Shown: positions 25,052 to 38,355, numbered from the whole stretch's first letter. The stretch: DNA of 63,413 bases, filler included, from Octopus bimaculoides (GCF_001194135.2; 4 parts of 4 records of this genome joined end to end with filler, not necessarily neighbours in it), one strand, 5' to 3'. Program-made: numbers and translations. The notes: generated by a model not told the origin, from the sequence alone.

Positions 25052-26328
25052 GAAAACAGGAGATATAGAATGAAGTTTGGTTAAAATTACACTTTAGACG
25101 AACCAGTTTTAATGGTTGTCTTTAGAACTGAAATGTTGAGCAGTTTCCTGTTATTTTAGATCTGTGTTCTTCTCTAATGTTACATGGATTTCACTGAATA
25201 GTAAATAGTTTAAAGACATAAAGAATAGATGGATAAATTGGACTGCTGCCGCTGCCACTACTGCTACTACTGTTGTTGTTGATTTTGTTGTTGCACATCC
25301 ACAATAACTGCTCGCAGAATGGATGCTAATGGAATAATAAACTTGTAGACTTTGAGTATTTATGGCTTTGTTTACCTCACCATTCCTTTTATATTTATTA
25401 CTCCGTTACGTCAAACCAAGGAACTGCTTCTATATACGGCCATGCCAACCTGCTAGTAATAGTAACCACATCTTCCTGTTAATTCACACCTTTCTTTCCA
25501 AAAATAACAAGGAAAGGTACGTTTTATAGTGTAGTCACACCTGGATTGTGGTTGATAAAAAAAAAAGATAAGATGGTCGAAGTTGGAACATCTCTGATCC
25601 TAGGTCTGCTGGTTTAGGTCTGACTTAGGGCTAAATAACATCAACAGTTACATGAGGAGTGTTGAATGATTCCCTGAACCAATATAATGGCAGGATGGTG
25701 TCAGACTGAATATCCTGTGTTATATGGTCAATATGACCCCTTGCATTGTGAGTTCAAATCCACACCTGGTCAGTTTTGTGTTTCGTCATTTTGCCATCAA
25801 AGAAATAAATGTTGGCTCTGCCATCATGGCCACCTCAGAACAATGACTAACACCAATGAAAAAGAAAAGTATTTACACACACATACACGCAGATAGATGG
25901 ATGGACGGACGAACGGACGGCCTGATGGATGGCCAGAAATGGCTCTGATGAAAGTAGCATCAATTTGCTTAAGTCATTCAATTTTTCTCAGTTGATCAGT
26001 AGACAATTGAATAAATTTATCAGAAATGTACCTATAATAATTACTCGAAACAGCTGTAAGCCAATGTTGCTCCAATAAAGGGAAAATATGTAATGACCAT
26101 CATTTTTAACTTGTTTATATATATGTATAGATAGATAGAGGATAATAACTGATGAATTGTGGTTCACTACAGCTGTTTCAGACATGTTTTTATTGACGAG
26201 CAGAAGTGTTACATCATGCAAACACCCCACCCACCCACACCCCATTTTCATCAGGTGACCAAAGACATTCCATTTGTGACAATTCCATTTGTTTTTTAAA
26301 CTTAATGCATCTAGGACTAAGTCTGTTA

Positions 26329-26680
26329 TCTTTCGCTTGTTCCAGTCATTTGACTGTGGCCATGCTGGGGCATTATCTTGAAGAATGTTTAATTGAATGA
26401 ATCAACTGCAGTACTTATTCTATCAGTTTTTTTTTTGCCAAACTGCTAAGTTATGGGATCATAAACACACCAACGTCAGTTGTCAAATGGTGGTGGAGGA
26501 CAAACACAAAGACACACACACACACACACAGGCTTCTTTTAGTTTCCATCTACTAAATCCACTCACAAGGCTTTGCTCAGCCCAAGACTATAGAAGACAC
26601 TTGCCTAAAGTACCACACAGTGGGTCTGAACCCAGAACCCTGTGATTGCAAAGCAAACTTCTTACCACTCAGCCACACCT
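26329..26680 (-). mobile_element. SINE family B, degenerate
   Basis: Reverse complement of the family B tail (gtcatttgactgtggccatgctgg) and head (cttaccactcagccac). Confidence 0.8.
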
Positions 26681-26835
26681 TGAAATATCTTCCTAATTAT
26701 TCTAATGATGGTTGGGTGCAAGTTGTGGGTCTTTGCTGCTATTTCTAACATTTGAATGGCCCCAGAGAAGCTATTTCACCTTCTGTATCTCTTTAAGAAG
26801 TGAGTCAGCTACCTCCTGGAATGAACACCAAGTTA

Positions 26836-26935
26836 NNNNNNNNNNNNNNNNNNNNNNNNNNNNNNNNNNNNNNNNNNNNTTAATTAATTAANNNNNNNNN
26901 NNNNNNNNNNNNNNNNNNNNNNNNNNNNNNNNNNN
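26836..26935. other. Assembly gap linker N44-TTAATTAATTAA-N44 (also 40961-41060 and 60052-60151)
   Basis: Three identical 100-bp constructs whose 12-bp core has stops in all six frames. Confidence 0.95.
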
Positions 26936-26954
26936 TATATGGATATATATATAT

Positions 26955-26963
26955 ATATATATC

Positions 26964-27039
<76 letters not shown>

Positions 27040-27256
27040 TACATGTATGTATGTATTAGCAGCCGTTGTAACGAATATATTTTTCACATCCAACTTAACT
27101 TGGGTGAGTTGTTTTGAATGCCGTAGGTTGCGGTAATCGTCAAGAGAAATTATCTCCTATAGGCCTTGTGCTAAAGAGCACAGATTATATTGGTACCGGT
27201 ATATATGTGTATGTATGTATGTATGTATAGATAAATTGTAAATCCAAAAAATAAAT

Positions 27257-27304
<48 letters not shown>

Positions 27305-27308
27305 ACAG

Positions 27309-27371
<63 letters not shown>

Positions 27372-27372
27372 T
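26955..27372. repeat. (GATA)n and (GACA)n tetranucleotide microsatellites
   Basis: Runs at about 26955-27040 and 27258-27370 read directly. Confidence 0.9.
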
Positions 27373-29426
27373 AGTAGGATACTGGTATGACATTTTACAG
27401 GAAATCATTAATAATTACATTCAAATATACTATGAGAGGTCAGACTGACATACCGAATTGATTTGCTATAGCACGGACGAATTTTGTGGCCAAGAATGAA
27501 ACCACAGAGTTGCATGAAAACAATTGCTTGCCTGAATATTATGTATAAAATGCACGCAAGCTGCCTCAACCAATTCCTCCAGGATCATTATGAGTCAATA
27601 ATATAGAAGTAAGTAACCAAGGAGCGCCCGGTGGAAAGAAGGGAGTGTGGGCATGTGCCGAACAACTTCTGATAAATAATGCTGTTCCTTCTGACGTAAA
27701 AAAAACAACAACATTGTAAGAGCCTTAGAACAGTTATGGCTTGATTATAGGAAGGCATTTGACTCTATTCCCCACTCATGGCTGCTGTAGTGTCTCCATT
27801 TGGCAAAATGGAGCTACTTTAATTGCTGGCATTGAGAGGCTCACAAAGACCTGAGCCACAATCCTCACTCTTAGAACATGTCCATTGTCCGGAAATCTTT
27901 TGTCACCCATCTGTGACCTCTTCTGCGACACTTTTCGTTTTCGAGTGTGTTCTTGCTCCACTTACTCCATTCTGTTCGTCTAAGATGTGTATCATTATGT
28001 GCGCATGCGTTTGCATCCTTGTTTGTGTGTGTATGTGTATGCTTGTGTGTGTGTGTATGTGTATGCTTGTGTGTGTGTGTATGTGTATGCTTGTGTGTGT
28101 GTGTATGTGTATGCTTGTGCGTGTGTGTGACACAACACAAGCACACACACACACACATACACACAACGCACACACGCGCGCGTAGACTACTTTCTGTAGC
28201 AAATTTAAAACATCTGTATGTCACAAATAAAACTTACCCTAATTAACCAATTATCACTTTTTTGTGAGGGTAGTTATATCCATTGATCCATTATCACCCC
28301 CACCCTCCCAGGATCTTTTCACCGCCCCAAGGGGTCAGTAGTACCCATTTGGGGTACAATTACTCTAGAGGCTGAGAGATAAAGTCGATCTCGGCAGAAA
28401 TTCAACTCAGGACGAAATACCGCTAAGCATTTTACCCAGCTCGTCGCCTAACTGTGTATGAATATTTATTGCAGTTTTATTTCTCTTGATAGTTTTTTAA
28501 TCTTTCACTGAACTAAATTCATTAGTAATAACATATGTGTAAAATACATAATAAAATAAATAAATAAAAGTAGCAGAACAAGTTAAACTTGAAATAATGC
28601 CTTCATAACAAACTCTATTTTAGGCCCACTATAAATGTAGGTCACAAACAAATCAAGTTTGCCACTTCTGAACTGCGGTGATTTCATTGAGTTTTCTTCC
28701 CACACCCCACCCTTCTACTACCATTCAGAAATATATGAATGTACCATCACTTTCTTCGCTCTTACATTTGCTTGCAAGATTCTTGATGTGAAATCGTGAG
28801 TTAAAACATATTTCGTTGACTCTCGGCAGGGTTCTTATACCTATAATAAATATATGTAATGATTCTATTTCACTTTTTATATTATTATTATTAATAATTT
28901 ATTATTATTAATTTTATATTATTATTATTATATTATTATTATTATTATTATTACTATTAATAATATTATTAATATATTATTTATATTATTATTATTTATA
29001 TTATTATTATTAATCTATTTCACTTTTTATATTATTATTATTAACTAGTTACACATCTAACTAATTAGTTAATCGAATGTTTGATTAATCGCTCGGTTAA
29101 ACGATCAATCAGGTTTGTCAAAGTTAATTCGTTGCTTTTCGTCACCATTTGCGACCTTATCGATGACACGCTCCTGGTGAAATGATTTTGGTAAATTTAG
29201 TCCATTGATTGATTGACTGATTGATTGACCGAATGATTCATTAAAACAATTGATTAGTTAAATGGTTAAATATTTAATAAACTTACAAATAAATACTGAA
29301 GTGCAGCAAAACCGCTGCATATGTTTACTATTGGCGAGAACATAAAGAAACCAATTTCTGGCGTATATGGAAATAAGGCCTTACAAGCCGGGATACAAGA
29401 TTTCACAGGCACAGGGAAGAATAACG

Positions 29427-29521
<95 letters not shown>

Positions 29522-30160
29522 CCAACTTTACTCACAAGGCATTGGCCGGCCTGAGGCGATAGTAGAAGACATTTCCAGTTACGTAAGTGTATAAAATCTG
29601 TTGGATTCACTTTAACTTGAATTACATTTATTTTCCTAATGCTATCTTTTTAATCTAATCATTTTCTTCAAGGCTTTGACGGCAATCCCATTTTTTTTCT
29701 TTATTTCTTTTATTTTATTTATTTTTTTTTGCTGTAGATCACTGCAAATACTAAGCATGTATCGGCACAATGCTGAAATGCTCGCATGAAAACTCTCCCA
29801 CGCCATGAATTAAACCGTTCCTTGACTTTCACCCGAAAACTATTGTAATTTACTATCATTGCAAGATAGCTAAAGAGCCATTGCTGACAAAAGAAGGCCA
29901 CTTCAACATATTCACACGAAGCCTTTCCCTTATTTGAAATCGTACAATAGGCCATTCGCCTGATCGCTCTTTAAAAACAGCAATAAAATGAGTATGGTTT
30001 CTTTTACTTAGAAAAGGGTCATATTACGATATATCCCATGAATAAAACCTACGGCATTGTTGAAATAATGTATGTGTGCATAAATAAATATCTGTAGATG
30101 ATATAATGTTCTTTATTTTACCTGTCAGTCTTAGTGTCTCTCAATAACGTGTAAAGCTTC

Positions 30161-30605
30161 TAATAATTTTTTCTACTAAGTAAAGTTATGCAGGAGGATG
30201 GAAAAGTAACGATACTATGATTTTCAGATAGATCGTGTAATCGAATACCGTCGGCCGGATATTGTATTGTCATGTTGAATAAGAGAGACAAATACTGTCA
30301 GGTCATTGATCGAACCTTACCAAATGACATGAATGTTGTGAGTAAAGAGGTTGAAAAGAAATCACCAAGCACTTCGAATTGAGAGCGGAAATGGCAAGAC
30401 TGTATGGAATGCGAGTGGGTAATGTAAAAGTGCACAAGGCCTGAAATTTTGAGGGAAGGGGCCAATCGATTAGATCAACCCCAGTACGCAACTGGTGCTT
30501 AATTTATGGACCCCGAGAGGAAAGGCAAAGTCGACCTCGGTGGAATTTGAACTCAGAACATAAAGACAGACGAAATGCAGTTAAACTTTTTTGCCCGACG
30601 CGCTA
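30161..30605 (-). mobile_element. Family A SINE interrupted by a 259-bp LINE-derived insert (30174-30432)
   Basis: The SINE tail motif ttctacta|..|gcacaaggcctgaaa is split by sequence matching the reverse complement of 31159-31417. Confidence 0.85.
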
Positions 30606-30779
30606 CGACCAATAAATATTAAATATTAAACCTCCTCAATATACACAACACACATACAAGCCCAATGCACTCAATAAACTCATATGTTGGTCACCGTTAT
30701 ACAATGCAGCACACATGCTCACGTGTATACGGGTGTAGTCACGCGTGAGTGTGGCTGTGTGGATTGTTTTGTTGTACTT

Positions 30780-30870
30780 CTACCAAGACAAAACATTGCA
30801 CATGATAACACATTCAATCAGTTAAGATCAGAAGCCATGAGAGCCACTGCCTGGTACTGCATCATGGCAA
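30780..30870 (+). mobile_element. 3' end of repeat family G followed by (ATT)n
   Basis: taccaagacaaaac..aatcagttaagatcagaagcc..actgcatcatggca matches the reverse complement of 53772-53865. Confidence 0.7.
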
Positions 30871-30879
30871 TTATTATTA

Positions 30880-30946
<67 letters not shown>

Positions 30947-30955
30947 CATTATTAT

Positions 30956-31615
30956 GATAACACAGTGAAGGTAAAAATGCACCGGATTCTTTAGTCATCT
31001 GTAAAGTCACAACAAGGACCTCAGACAGATAATACTTCCCTTAAGATGTGCGCTGTGCCCAATTAGGCTGCTTTTTACAAGACATCAATCTTGGGATTTC
31101 TAGTTGCCTTAAGAAGTCTTAATGGGATTGATCCCAATGTTCCGATCACCACGGGTATCACTTTTACATTACCCACTCGCATTCCATACAGTCTTGCCAT
31201 TTCCGCTCTCAATTCGAAGTGCTTGGTGATTTCTTTTCAACCTCTTTACTCACAACATTCATGTCATTTGGTAAGGTTCGATCAATGACCTGACAGTATT
31301 TGTCTCTCTTATTCAACATGACAATACAATATCCGGCCGACGGTATTCGATTACACGATCTGTCTGAAAATCATAGTATCGTTACTTTTCCATCCTCCTG
31401 CATAACTTTACTTAGTACATGCTCATACCAGTACTCTGTTACATCATACTGGTATTTACGGCATAAGAGCCAATGAAGATACACGCACACTTTATCGTGA
31501 CAACGCTGGTATTCCTTTTGTGCAAGGCTCTCACACCCACTTACCATCTGGGTCACATTTCCACACTCTTTCCACAGAGTCTGCATTTCTGGGAGTCAGA
31601 AGTTTTATAGATGTT
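30956..31615 (-). mobile_element. 3' fragment of an R4/Dong-clade non-LTR retrotransposon (zinc knuckle plus restriction-like endonuclease), disrupted
   Basis: KCRLCGKSVE/NVTQMVSGCESLAQKEYQRCHDKV...YWYEH...TIL/DFQTDRVIEYRRPDIV...VIDRTLPND...KEVEK/ITKH.ELRAEMARLYG..VIPVVIGTLG..LGTAHILREVLSV*; short 3' UTR then (TAA)n. Confidence 0.9.
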
Positions 31616-31661
31616 ATACTTCACTGAATTGATTGCGAGAGCTATTACTATTATTATTATT

Positions 31662-31879
31662 GTTCAGTAGTTTTATTTTTATAACGTGCTTTCACTTCAC
31701 TACCGAGCGCAGCTCTGTGCGCCTTGGGTATGTGCTGTGGTTTGCTGTGGTGCTCTTATGGTTACTGTATTGAAAGTGTTTTGCGTAGGATGTGTGCTGT
31801 GCCCAGTAGTGCAATTTTCTGTATGTTATATATATTTGTAAGTCCTGATGTTTTTGTTATGTATTTGTCTGAATATTTT
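31662..31879 (-). mobile_element. Second, divergent R4/Dong-type 3' end, 5'-truncated
   Basis: KYSDKYITKTSGLTNIYNIQKIALLGTAHILRKTLSIQ* (stop 31762-31764), about 100-nt UTR, (TAA)n on both sides. Confidence 0.85.
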
Positions 31880-31886
31880 ATTATTA

Positions 31887-31921
<35 letters not shown>

Positions 31922-32360
31922 TTCTTTTTTTTTATTATCATTATCANNNNNNNNNNNNNNNNNNNNNNNNNNNNNNNNNNNNNNNNNNNNNNNNNNNNNN
32001 NNNNNNNNNNNNNNNNNNNNNNNNNNNNNNNNNNNNNNNNNNNNNNNNNNNNNNNNNNNNNNNNNNNNNNNNNNNNNNNNNNNNNNNNNNNNNNNNNNNN
32101 NNNNNNNNNNNNNNNNNNNNNNNNNNNNNNNNNNNNNNNNNNNNNNNNNNNNNNNNNNNNNNNNNNNNNNNNNNNNNNNNNNNNNNNNNNNNNNNNNNNN
32201 NNNNNNNNNNNNNNNNNNNNNNNNNNNNNNNNNNNNNNNNNNNNNNNNNNNNNNNNNNNNNNNNNNNNNNNNNNNNNNNNNNNNNNNNNNNNNNNNNNNN
32301 NNNNNNNNNNNNNNNNNNNNNNNNNNNNNNNNNNNNNNNNNNNNNNNNNNNNNNNNNNNA

Positions 32361-32490
32361 ATATATATATAAAATATATATAATATATATATAAAATATA
32401 TATAATATATATATAAAATATATATAATATATATATAAAATATATATAATATATATATAAAATATATATAATATATATATAAAATATATA
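32361..32490. repeat. 22-bp pure-AT minisatellite (aaaatatatataatatatatat), about 5.5 copies
   Basis: aaaa anchors at 32371 and 32393 give period 22. Confidence 0.85.
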
Positions 32491-32852
32491 AAATCACGGA
32501 CGAGATACGAAGGTCAGATAAGATAACACTGGCTACTTATGGCTGGATTATGTCAATTACGTGTGGTTGTATATTACACTCTGAAGAGACTGAAAAGCAG
32601 GAGGAAATTAACCCATCAAGAATTCTTCAAATTATAGTAACAAGTGAATGAAGGTTTCTAAGGAAACGGCAGAGGAAATTTGCTGAATTAATTGTTTAGA
32701 CAGAGTGGTCTACATTTCTTTGTGTATTCTTACTCTGACGATTTCCAATCAATGATGGGAAGGAATCGTTCTGTACAATAACTGAACGTTGTATGTATGT
32801 GATATAGAAATGGGTGACATTGTTCAAAAAGGGATCATGTGATATTAATATC

Positions 32853-33075
32853 CTTTCTACTGGAAGCACAATGCCTCGAATTTGGGGGAAGGGATTAAGT
32901 CGATTACATCGACCCCAGTGTGTAACTGGTACTTATTTAATCAACCCCGAAAGGATGAAAGGCAAAGTCAGCGGAATTCCTCAGCGGAATTTGAACTCAG
33001 ACCGTAGCGACGGGCGAAATACCACTAAGCATTTCGTCCAACGTGCTAACGATTCTTCTGTCAGCTCACTGCCTT
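32853..33075 (-). mobile_element. SINE family A with 16-bp TSD
   Basis: atgtgatattaatatc at 32837-32852 and 33076-33091. Confidence 0.9.
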
Positions 33076-33282
33076 ATGTGATATTAATATCGCGTGATCG
33101 ACCAGACCATCAGATGGCGTTATACATTGCTACTCATAATGCGCTTCATATCGTTTTAGCTTTCGAATGAAGCCATTCTGCTAGTCAGGCGAGCAGCTCA
33201 ATAATTCTTCCCTGATCGGAAGTCTTGTCCATGGCAGGATGACCCAGTGACAGCTGAGTGGACTGGAGCAGCATTTAAATGA

Positions 33283-33620
33283 AGACTTTGCCTTTCATCC
33301 TTTCGGGGTCGATAAATTAAGTACCAGGTACGCACTGGGGTCGTTGTAATCGACTTAAACCCTTTGTCTGTCCTTGTTTGTCCCCTCTATGTTTAGCCCC
33401 TTGTGGGCAATAAAGAAATAAGAAACGTTAGCACGCTAGGCGAAATGCTTAGCAGTATTTCATCTGTCTTTACGTTCTGAGTTCAAATTCCACCGAGGTC
33501 GACTTTGCCTTTCATCCTTTCAGGGTTGATAAATTAAGTACCCGTTGCGTTCTGGGGTTGATCTAATCGACTGGCCCCTCCCCCCAAATTTCGGGCCTTG
33601 TGCCTAGAGTAGAAAAGAAT
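33283..33620 (+). mobile_element. Family A SINE dimer: partial tail-1 monomer fused to a 5'-clipped tail-2 monomer
   Basis: ..aataaagaaataagaaacgttagcacg.. junction at about 33420. Confidence 0.85.
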
Positions 33621-34599
33621 TTAAATATTTATACATATTTTTAAACATAATTATATGTATGTACGTATGTATGCATGTGTGAGTATATAGACGTGTTTGA
33701 TGCTTTCTGCGTGGGAATATCAGTTGTTTCGAATGGAAGATTACCAACCACAAGTATACATTGACGTAAGATGTACATTAAAAAAAGCAACGCTAATCGA
33801 TATTACACACAGAAGAGCCAAAATGAAAGCTACAGTACATTGAATGTTAAAAGCTATTTGTTTATCAGTATATAAGCGACAATGTGCTGACGGAGGTTAT
33901 TGTAGATCTCACCAGAACGTTAACCACAAGGTAACTTAAGAGATAAAGCCAGGATTTCGCCTCATTTTGTTATTAGGAAACATTTGCAGACGATTTCTAT
34001 AGATATTTATATAGAATTCTGTCGTGTTCCATCCTTTATCAGATTTTTATGTCATTGAATAGGACAGAAATTTGGTGGAGTTGAGTGGAAACCAGATTAT
34101 ATAATTGTTACCTCGAAAGTCGAAAAAGAAAAGTTGATTTAAAAGAGTTATTATTTGTATTCTTTGTGTTACTTGTCCTGTTTTCCATTTTTTTCTCTTC
34201 GTTATTTGCGTATTTAACTCATTTGTTTTCGTATTTCATGTTGTTTACTGTTGGTGACGTCCTGTACCCATATATGCATATATATATATATATATANNNN
34301 NNNNNNNNNNNNNNNNNNNNNNNNNNNNNNNNNNNNNNNNNNNNNNNNNNNNNNNNNNNNNNNNNNNNNNNNNNNNNNNNNNNNNNNNNNNNNNNNNNNN
34401 NNNNNNNNNNNNNNNNNNNNNNNNNNNNNNNNNNNNNNNNNNNNNNNNNNNNNNNNNNNNNNNNNNNNNNNNNNNNNNNNNNNNNNNNNNNNNNNNNNNN
34501 NNNNNNNNNNNNNNNNNNNNNNNNNNNNNNNNNNNNNNNNNNNNNNNNNNNNNNNATATATATATATATAAAATTATGTGCTTTCCTTTGCGATAACAC

Positions 34600-34920
34600 C
34601 ACCCTTTGTAATGCACCTCTACGAATTTCAATTATAAGCTCCAAAGCTCCCTTTGCAATTTCGTCTACATCTGAACACCTGGTCGCTCACTATATACTAA
34701 TTTCTCGGAGCACCTGTCAGACATGCAACTTCGAAACGAATCACCTGTCACTCGATATTTTTGCTTCGCTTACTACTCCACCCAACACCTCCAGGTTTTC
34801 AGCTTACTTTCCAGCGCTGGATCTCCCACAACTCACTTCCAGAGGGAACAAGAGCTTATCTTTTTCTCAAAACTTACACGCCTTTCGGTCTAAATTCAAC
34901 CTTTAATTTTTCTAACTTAC
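34600..34920 (+). pseudogene. Penelope-like element GIY-YIG endonuclease relic
   Basis: From 34621: ..SLCNFVYI*TPGRSLYTNFSEHLSDMQLRNESPVTRYF..QHLQVFSL..FQREQELIF/LKTYTPFGLN; matches the YIG.T.R.L..RF.EH...PV..HF...RE..LI..L.T..P.GLN pattern, with one stop and one frameshift. Confidence 0.75.
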
Positions 34921-36273
34921 AATTCTTCTCCACTCTACCATCTCCAGAATTATCACACATTGCTTGTGCTTCCCCTCTCTACATTCCCACTTGTAGCAAC
35001 ATTACTAATCACACTTTATATCTTCACATTCCTATTCTTACACTCACACAATAACACAGCTTCCACATACACTAACACATACCTCCTTTCGGCCATTCAT
35101 TCACAACCTTTGCTTACAAACACAGGAACACATTAGATATACATATCTCTATTCACCAACCAACCACCTTATCTATTTATACACACGCATGCGCGCACTG
35201 GCATGCAGACACAAACGTAACACACACCTATTCTCGACACATGCACACACCAACACACGTACCTCTGTTCAATTGCCATCTTGTCTCTTTGATATACGCA
35301 TACTCATAGCCATCTTCACAGACAGTACCACTTGTATACTGGGGTCGATCTAATCGACTGGCTCCCTCCCTCAACATTTCAGGTTTTGTGCCTAGAGTAG
35401 AAAAGAACGTGCGAATAACTTACGACAATAATAAAAAATTTAAAAAAACATTTCGAATATTCCCCNNNNNNNNNNNNNNNNNNNNNNNNNNNNNNNNNNN
35501 NNNNNNNTTAATAGGTTTTGGAGTACGAAGACAGACAACAGGAATAATCAATTAAGAAAACAAACATGACTAAAATAATGACATCTAATTTTTTAGATTG
35601 TTGGTATATGTTGACGGCACGGACCGATGATTGTCGAGCGCAACATATATGGATAATTGAAATGTGGCATAGAACAGGCATTGTCGCTTAATTAATGGTT
35701 TGCAGTCAAAGTCTTCCTCAATTGAGCGTTAATTGAGATGGAACATACATAAATTTTGCACTAATGAATGGTTTACAGTGAAGCTTTCTTTTCTCAACTG
35801 AACATTATGAACCGAGGTAATAAACAATGAGTTTGAATCAAATCTTACGGATCAAACTGCTAAAGAAAATTACTTCGAACCGATTGTTCAAATATAATCT
35901 CTTTCTAACTACGCAACTACATTGGTGACAGCGTTCATAAAACAAACAATATTTGTTGACAAATTTACATAATTTAGTTATTGTGTTCGTGTAATGAGAA
36001 AATCTCACAGCATTTTGAATTTGATGCCGAGAGGAAAACAAATGGAAATAAATCATTAGACTTGTAAACAAATAAAATATTTACTCATCCTTCTGGGCTC
36101 ATTTAAGACATAGAGGCAGCACAAAGTGCAACTTAGATGACGAGTATGTTTAGCAAGCTTCCGCCATTAGTGCTTCGTAGAATTATTTAGTTGTGATTGA
36201 TGAAAAGGCGATATCAATGTCTTGAGACATCTAAAGTCGATTCAATTTTTTATAGGACTTAGTGACTAATAAT

Positions 36274-36613
36274 AGTGAAAGCGCGTGGCTCAGTGGTTAC
36301 AGCGTCGGGCTCACAATCATGAGGTAGTGAGTTCAATTCCCAGACCGGGCTGCGTGTTGTGTTCTTGAGTAAGACACTTTATTTCACGTTGCTCCAGTTC
36401 ACTCAACTGCAGAAATGAATTGTGACAACACTGGTGCCAAGCTGTATCGGCCCCTTTGCATTCCCTTGGACAACATTGGTGGCGTGGAGAGGGGAGGCTG
36501 GTATGCATGGACGACTGCTGGTCTTCCATAAACAACCTTGCCCGAACTTGTGCCTCGGAGGGGAACTTTCTAGGTGCAATCCCATGGTCATTTATGACCG
36601 AAGGGGGTCTTTA
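36274..36613 (+). mobile_element. tRNA-derived SINE family E with CORE-like centre
   Basis: gtggctcagtggtta..gagttcaattccc A/B-box-like head, gttcttgagtaagacacttt centre, 13-bp TSD agtgac(t/c)aataat. Confidence 0.85.
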
Positions 36614-36778
36614 AGTGACCAATAATTATTCCTGATGTAAGCCCGAGGGCAATAGTTATTGGAAAGTTCTATAGTAGATGAAACCTACTCAAGAAAGTCA
36701 TAATTCGTTTAATTCATTACCTGCTCCATACCAAAGGTAGCGGCCATGTTGGGGCACAGGCGTTTACCAAAAACATTA

Positions 36779-36868
36779 CCTACAGCATTTAGATTTTCCA
36801 AGCGTCACCCATCTAAGTACAAACTGGGTTCAACGTTGCTTAATTAACTGCGGTGATCAGATGAGAAC
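36779..36868 (-). pseudogene. Degenerate 5S rRNA pseudogene or 5S-derived SINE head
   Basis: cctacagca..tcacccatctaagtac..aacgttgcttaa..cggtgatcagatgagaac aligns to the reverse complement of the remembered metazoan 5S sequence; many substitutions, 5' end of the 5S missing. Confidence 0.75.
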
Positions 36869-37583
36869 TTTGAGTTATCATTTATTAAAAGTTGATAGAT
36901 AAAAACATCAAAGATTCATGTAGTGAAATTTTAATGAATTTTTAAACTATATTACTCTGTTGGCAGCAGATATAGCAAAACAATAGAATTGCTAAGAAAA
37001 AATTTCTTTGGCGAAAAGTAAAAGCGCAGACCATACGTTGATATGAAAGCTGAATTCTAAAACAAAAAGCGCAGAAGATCCGTTCTTATTTGATATACAA
37101 GCTGAATTCTGGAACAAAATATGTATGAAAATTTTCTGACAACAGAATCTCAAAGATATATAGCGATCGTGTTTCGGTTAGAATAAATAGCAAAAGAGGG
37201 GATCGGTTCAAAGCCACACGTTGGAAATAAATATATCTTTAAGATGTTGCCCAATGAAGTGTTCGTTGAATATACCGAAAGGGAAATCTTAGGGATTCTT
37301 GTTATTCCTAAGCGAATTGAAAAGTCATGTGTGCATTCAATTCGGAACATTTTGCGTATCAACTTCAGTAATTTTTTAGGATGTGTGAAACTCGAAAAGG
37401 AAACGTTAAGCTTGTATAATCATCTCCGTGGGAAGTTGTTGAAAAGATTAGATATACAAATGTATTATCAGGCAAGCAGAGAGATATACACGCATCACGT
37501 AGAATTTCACATACACAGACAAATATACATAGAAAGATATGTGTGTGTGGTGTATGTATATGTGTGTGTATGTGTGTATGTGC

Positions 37584-37638
<55 letters not shown>

Positions 37639-37639
37639 G

Positions 37640-37790
37640 TTGTGTGGTAAGTAGCTTGCTCCTCAACACATAGTTCCGGGATCAGCCTCAATGCATGTCA
37701 CTTTGAGCAAGTGTCTTCTACAATAGCCACGGGTTAACCAAAACCTTCTGGGTAGATTTGGTAGACGGAAACTAGAAAAGGCCGGCGTAA
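37640..37790 (+). mobile_element. 5' half of a family B SINE
   Basis: gtggtaagtagcttgct..agtgtcttctac..ggtagacggaaac. Confidence 0.75.
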
Positions 37791-37830
<40 letters not shown>

Positions 37831-38296
37831 GGGGAGAGAGAGAGACACACAGACAGAGACAGACAGGCAGACAGAAAGACAGACAGAGGCCAACTAATCT
37901 GATATGGGTCGATAACACCAGTAAACTGTTCACGGATGGAAAATCTTAAAACCAACAACAGAGTTATATTTATTATTAAAAGGAGTGTGGTTTCATATTT
38001 CGCTTATGTCGATTGTTTTAAAGAATCACCAGGATCCAGTCTTTGCAATTATATGTGTGTGCGTGTGCGTGCTTGCGTGCATGTGTGTGTGTGTGTGTGT
38101 GCATGTATATATGTATGTACATATGCATGTATATAAATAGGTATTTATGTATATATGTATGAAATCCTGGGTGCAACAAGGTCGTTACAACATGATCGAG
38201 TGCACTTAGAGCAACGAACTCAACGTCAGAAATTTGAGTGTTAATATGTTTAATCTATAAACACGAGTCCAACAAAATATACTTTGTTTCACCCAG

Positions 38297-38355
<59 letters not shown>

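Noticed and set aside
26880-26891. Repeated isolated palindrome TTAATTAATTAA (also 41005 and 60096)
   Set aside because: Always centred in exactly 44+44 N; an artificial scaffold linker.
27540-27615. TATAAAA followed about 60 bp later by an aa|gtaagt donor (possible promoter and non-coding first exon)
   Set aside because: Both motifs are common in AT-rich DNA and no downstream exon could be linked.
28864-29045. 31-bp direct repeats flanking an ATT-rich stretch
   Set aside because: Best explained by slippage duplication within low-complexity DNA.
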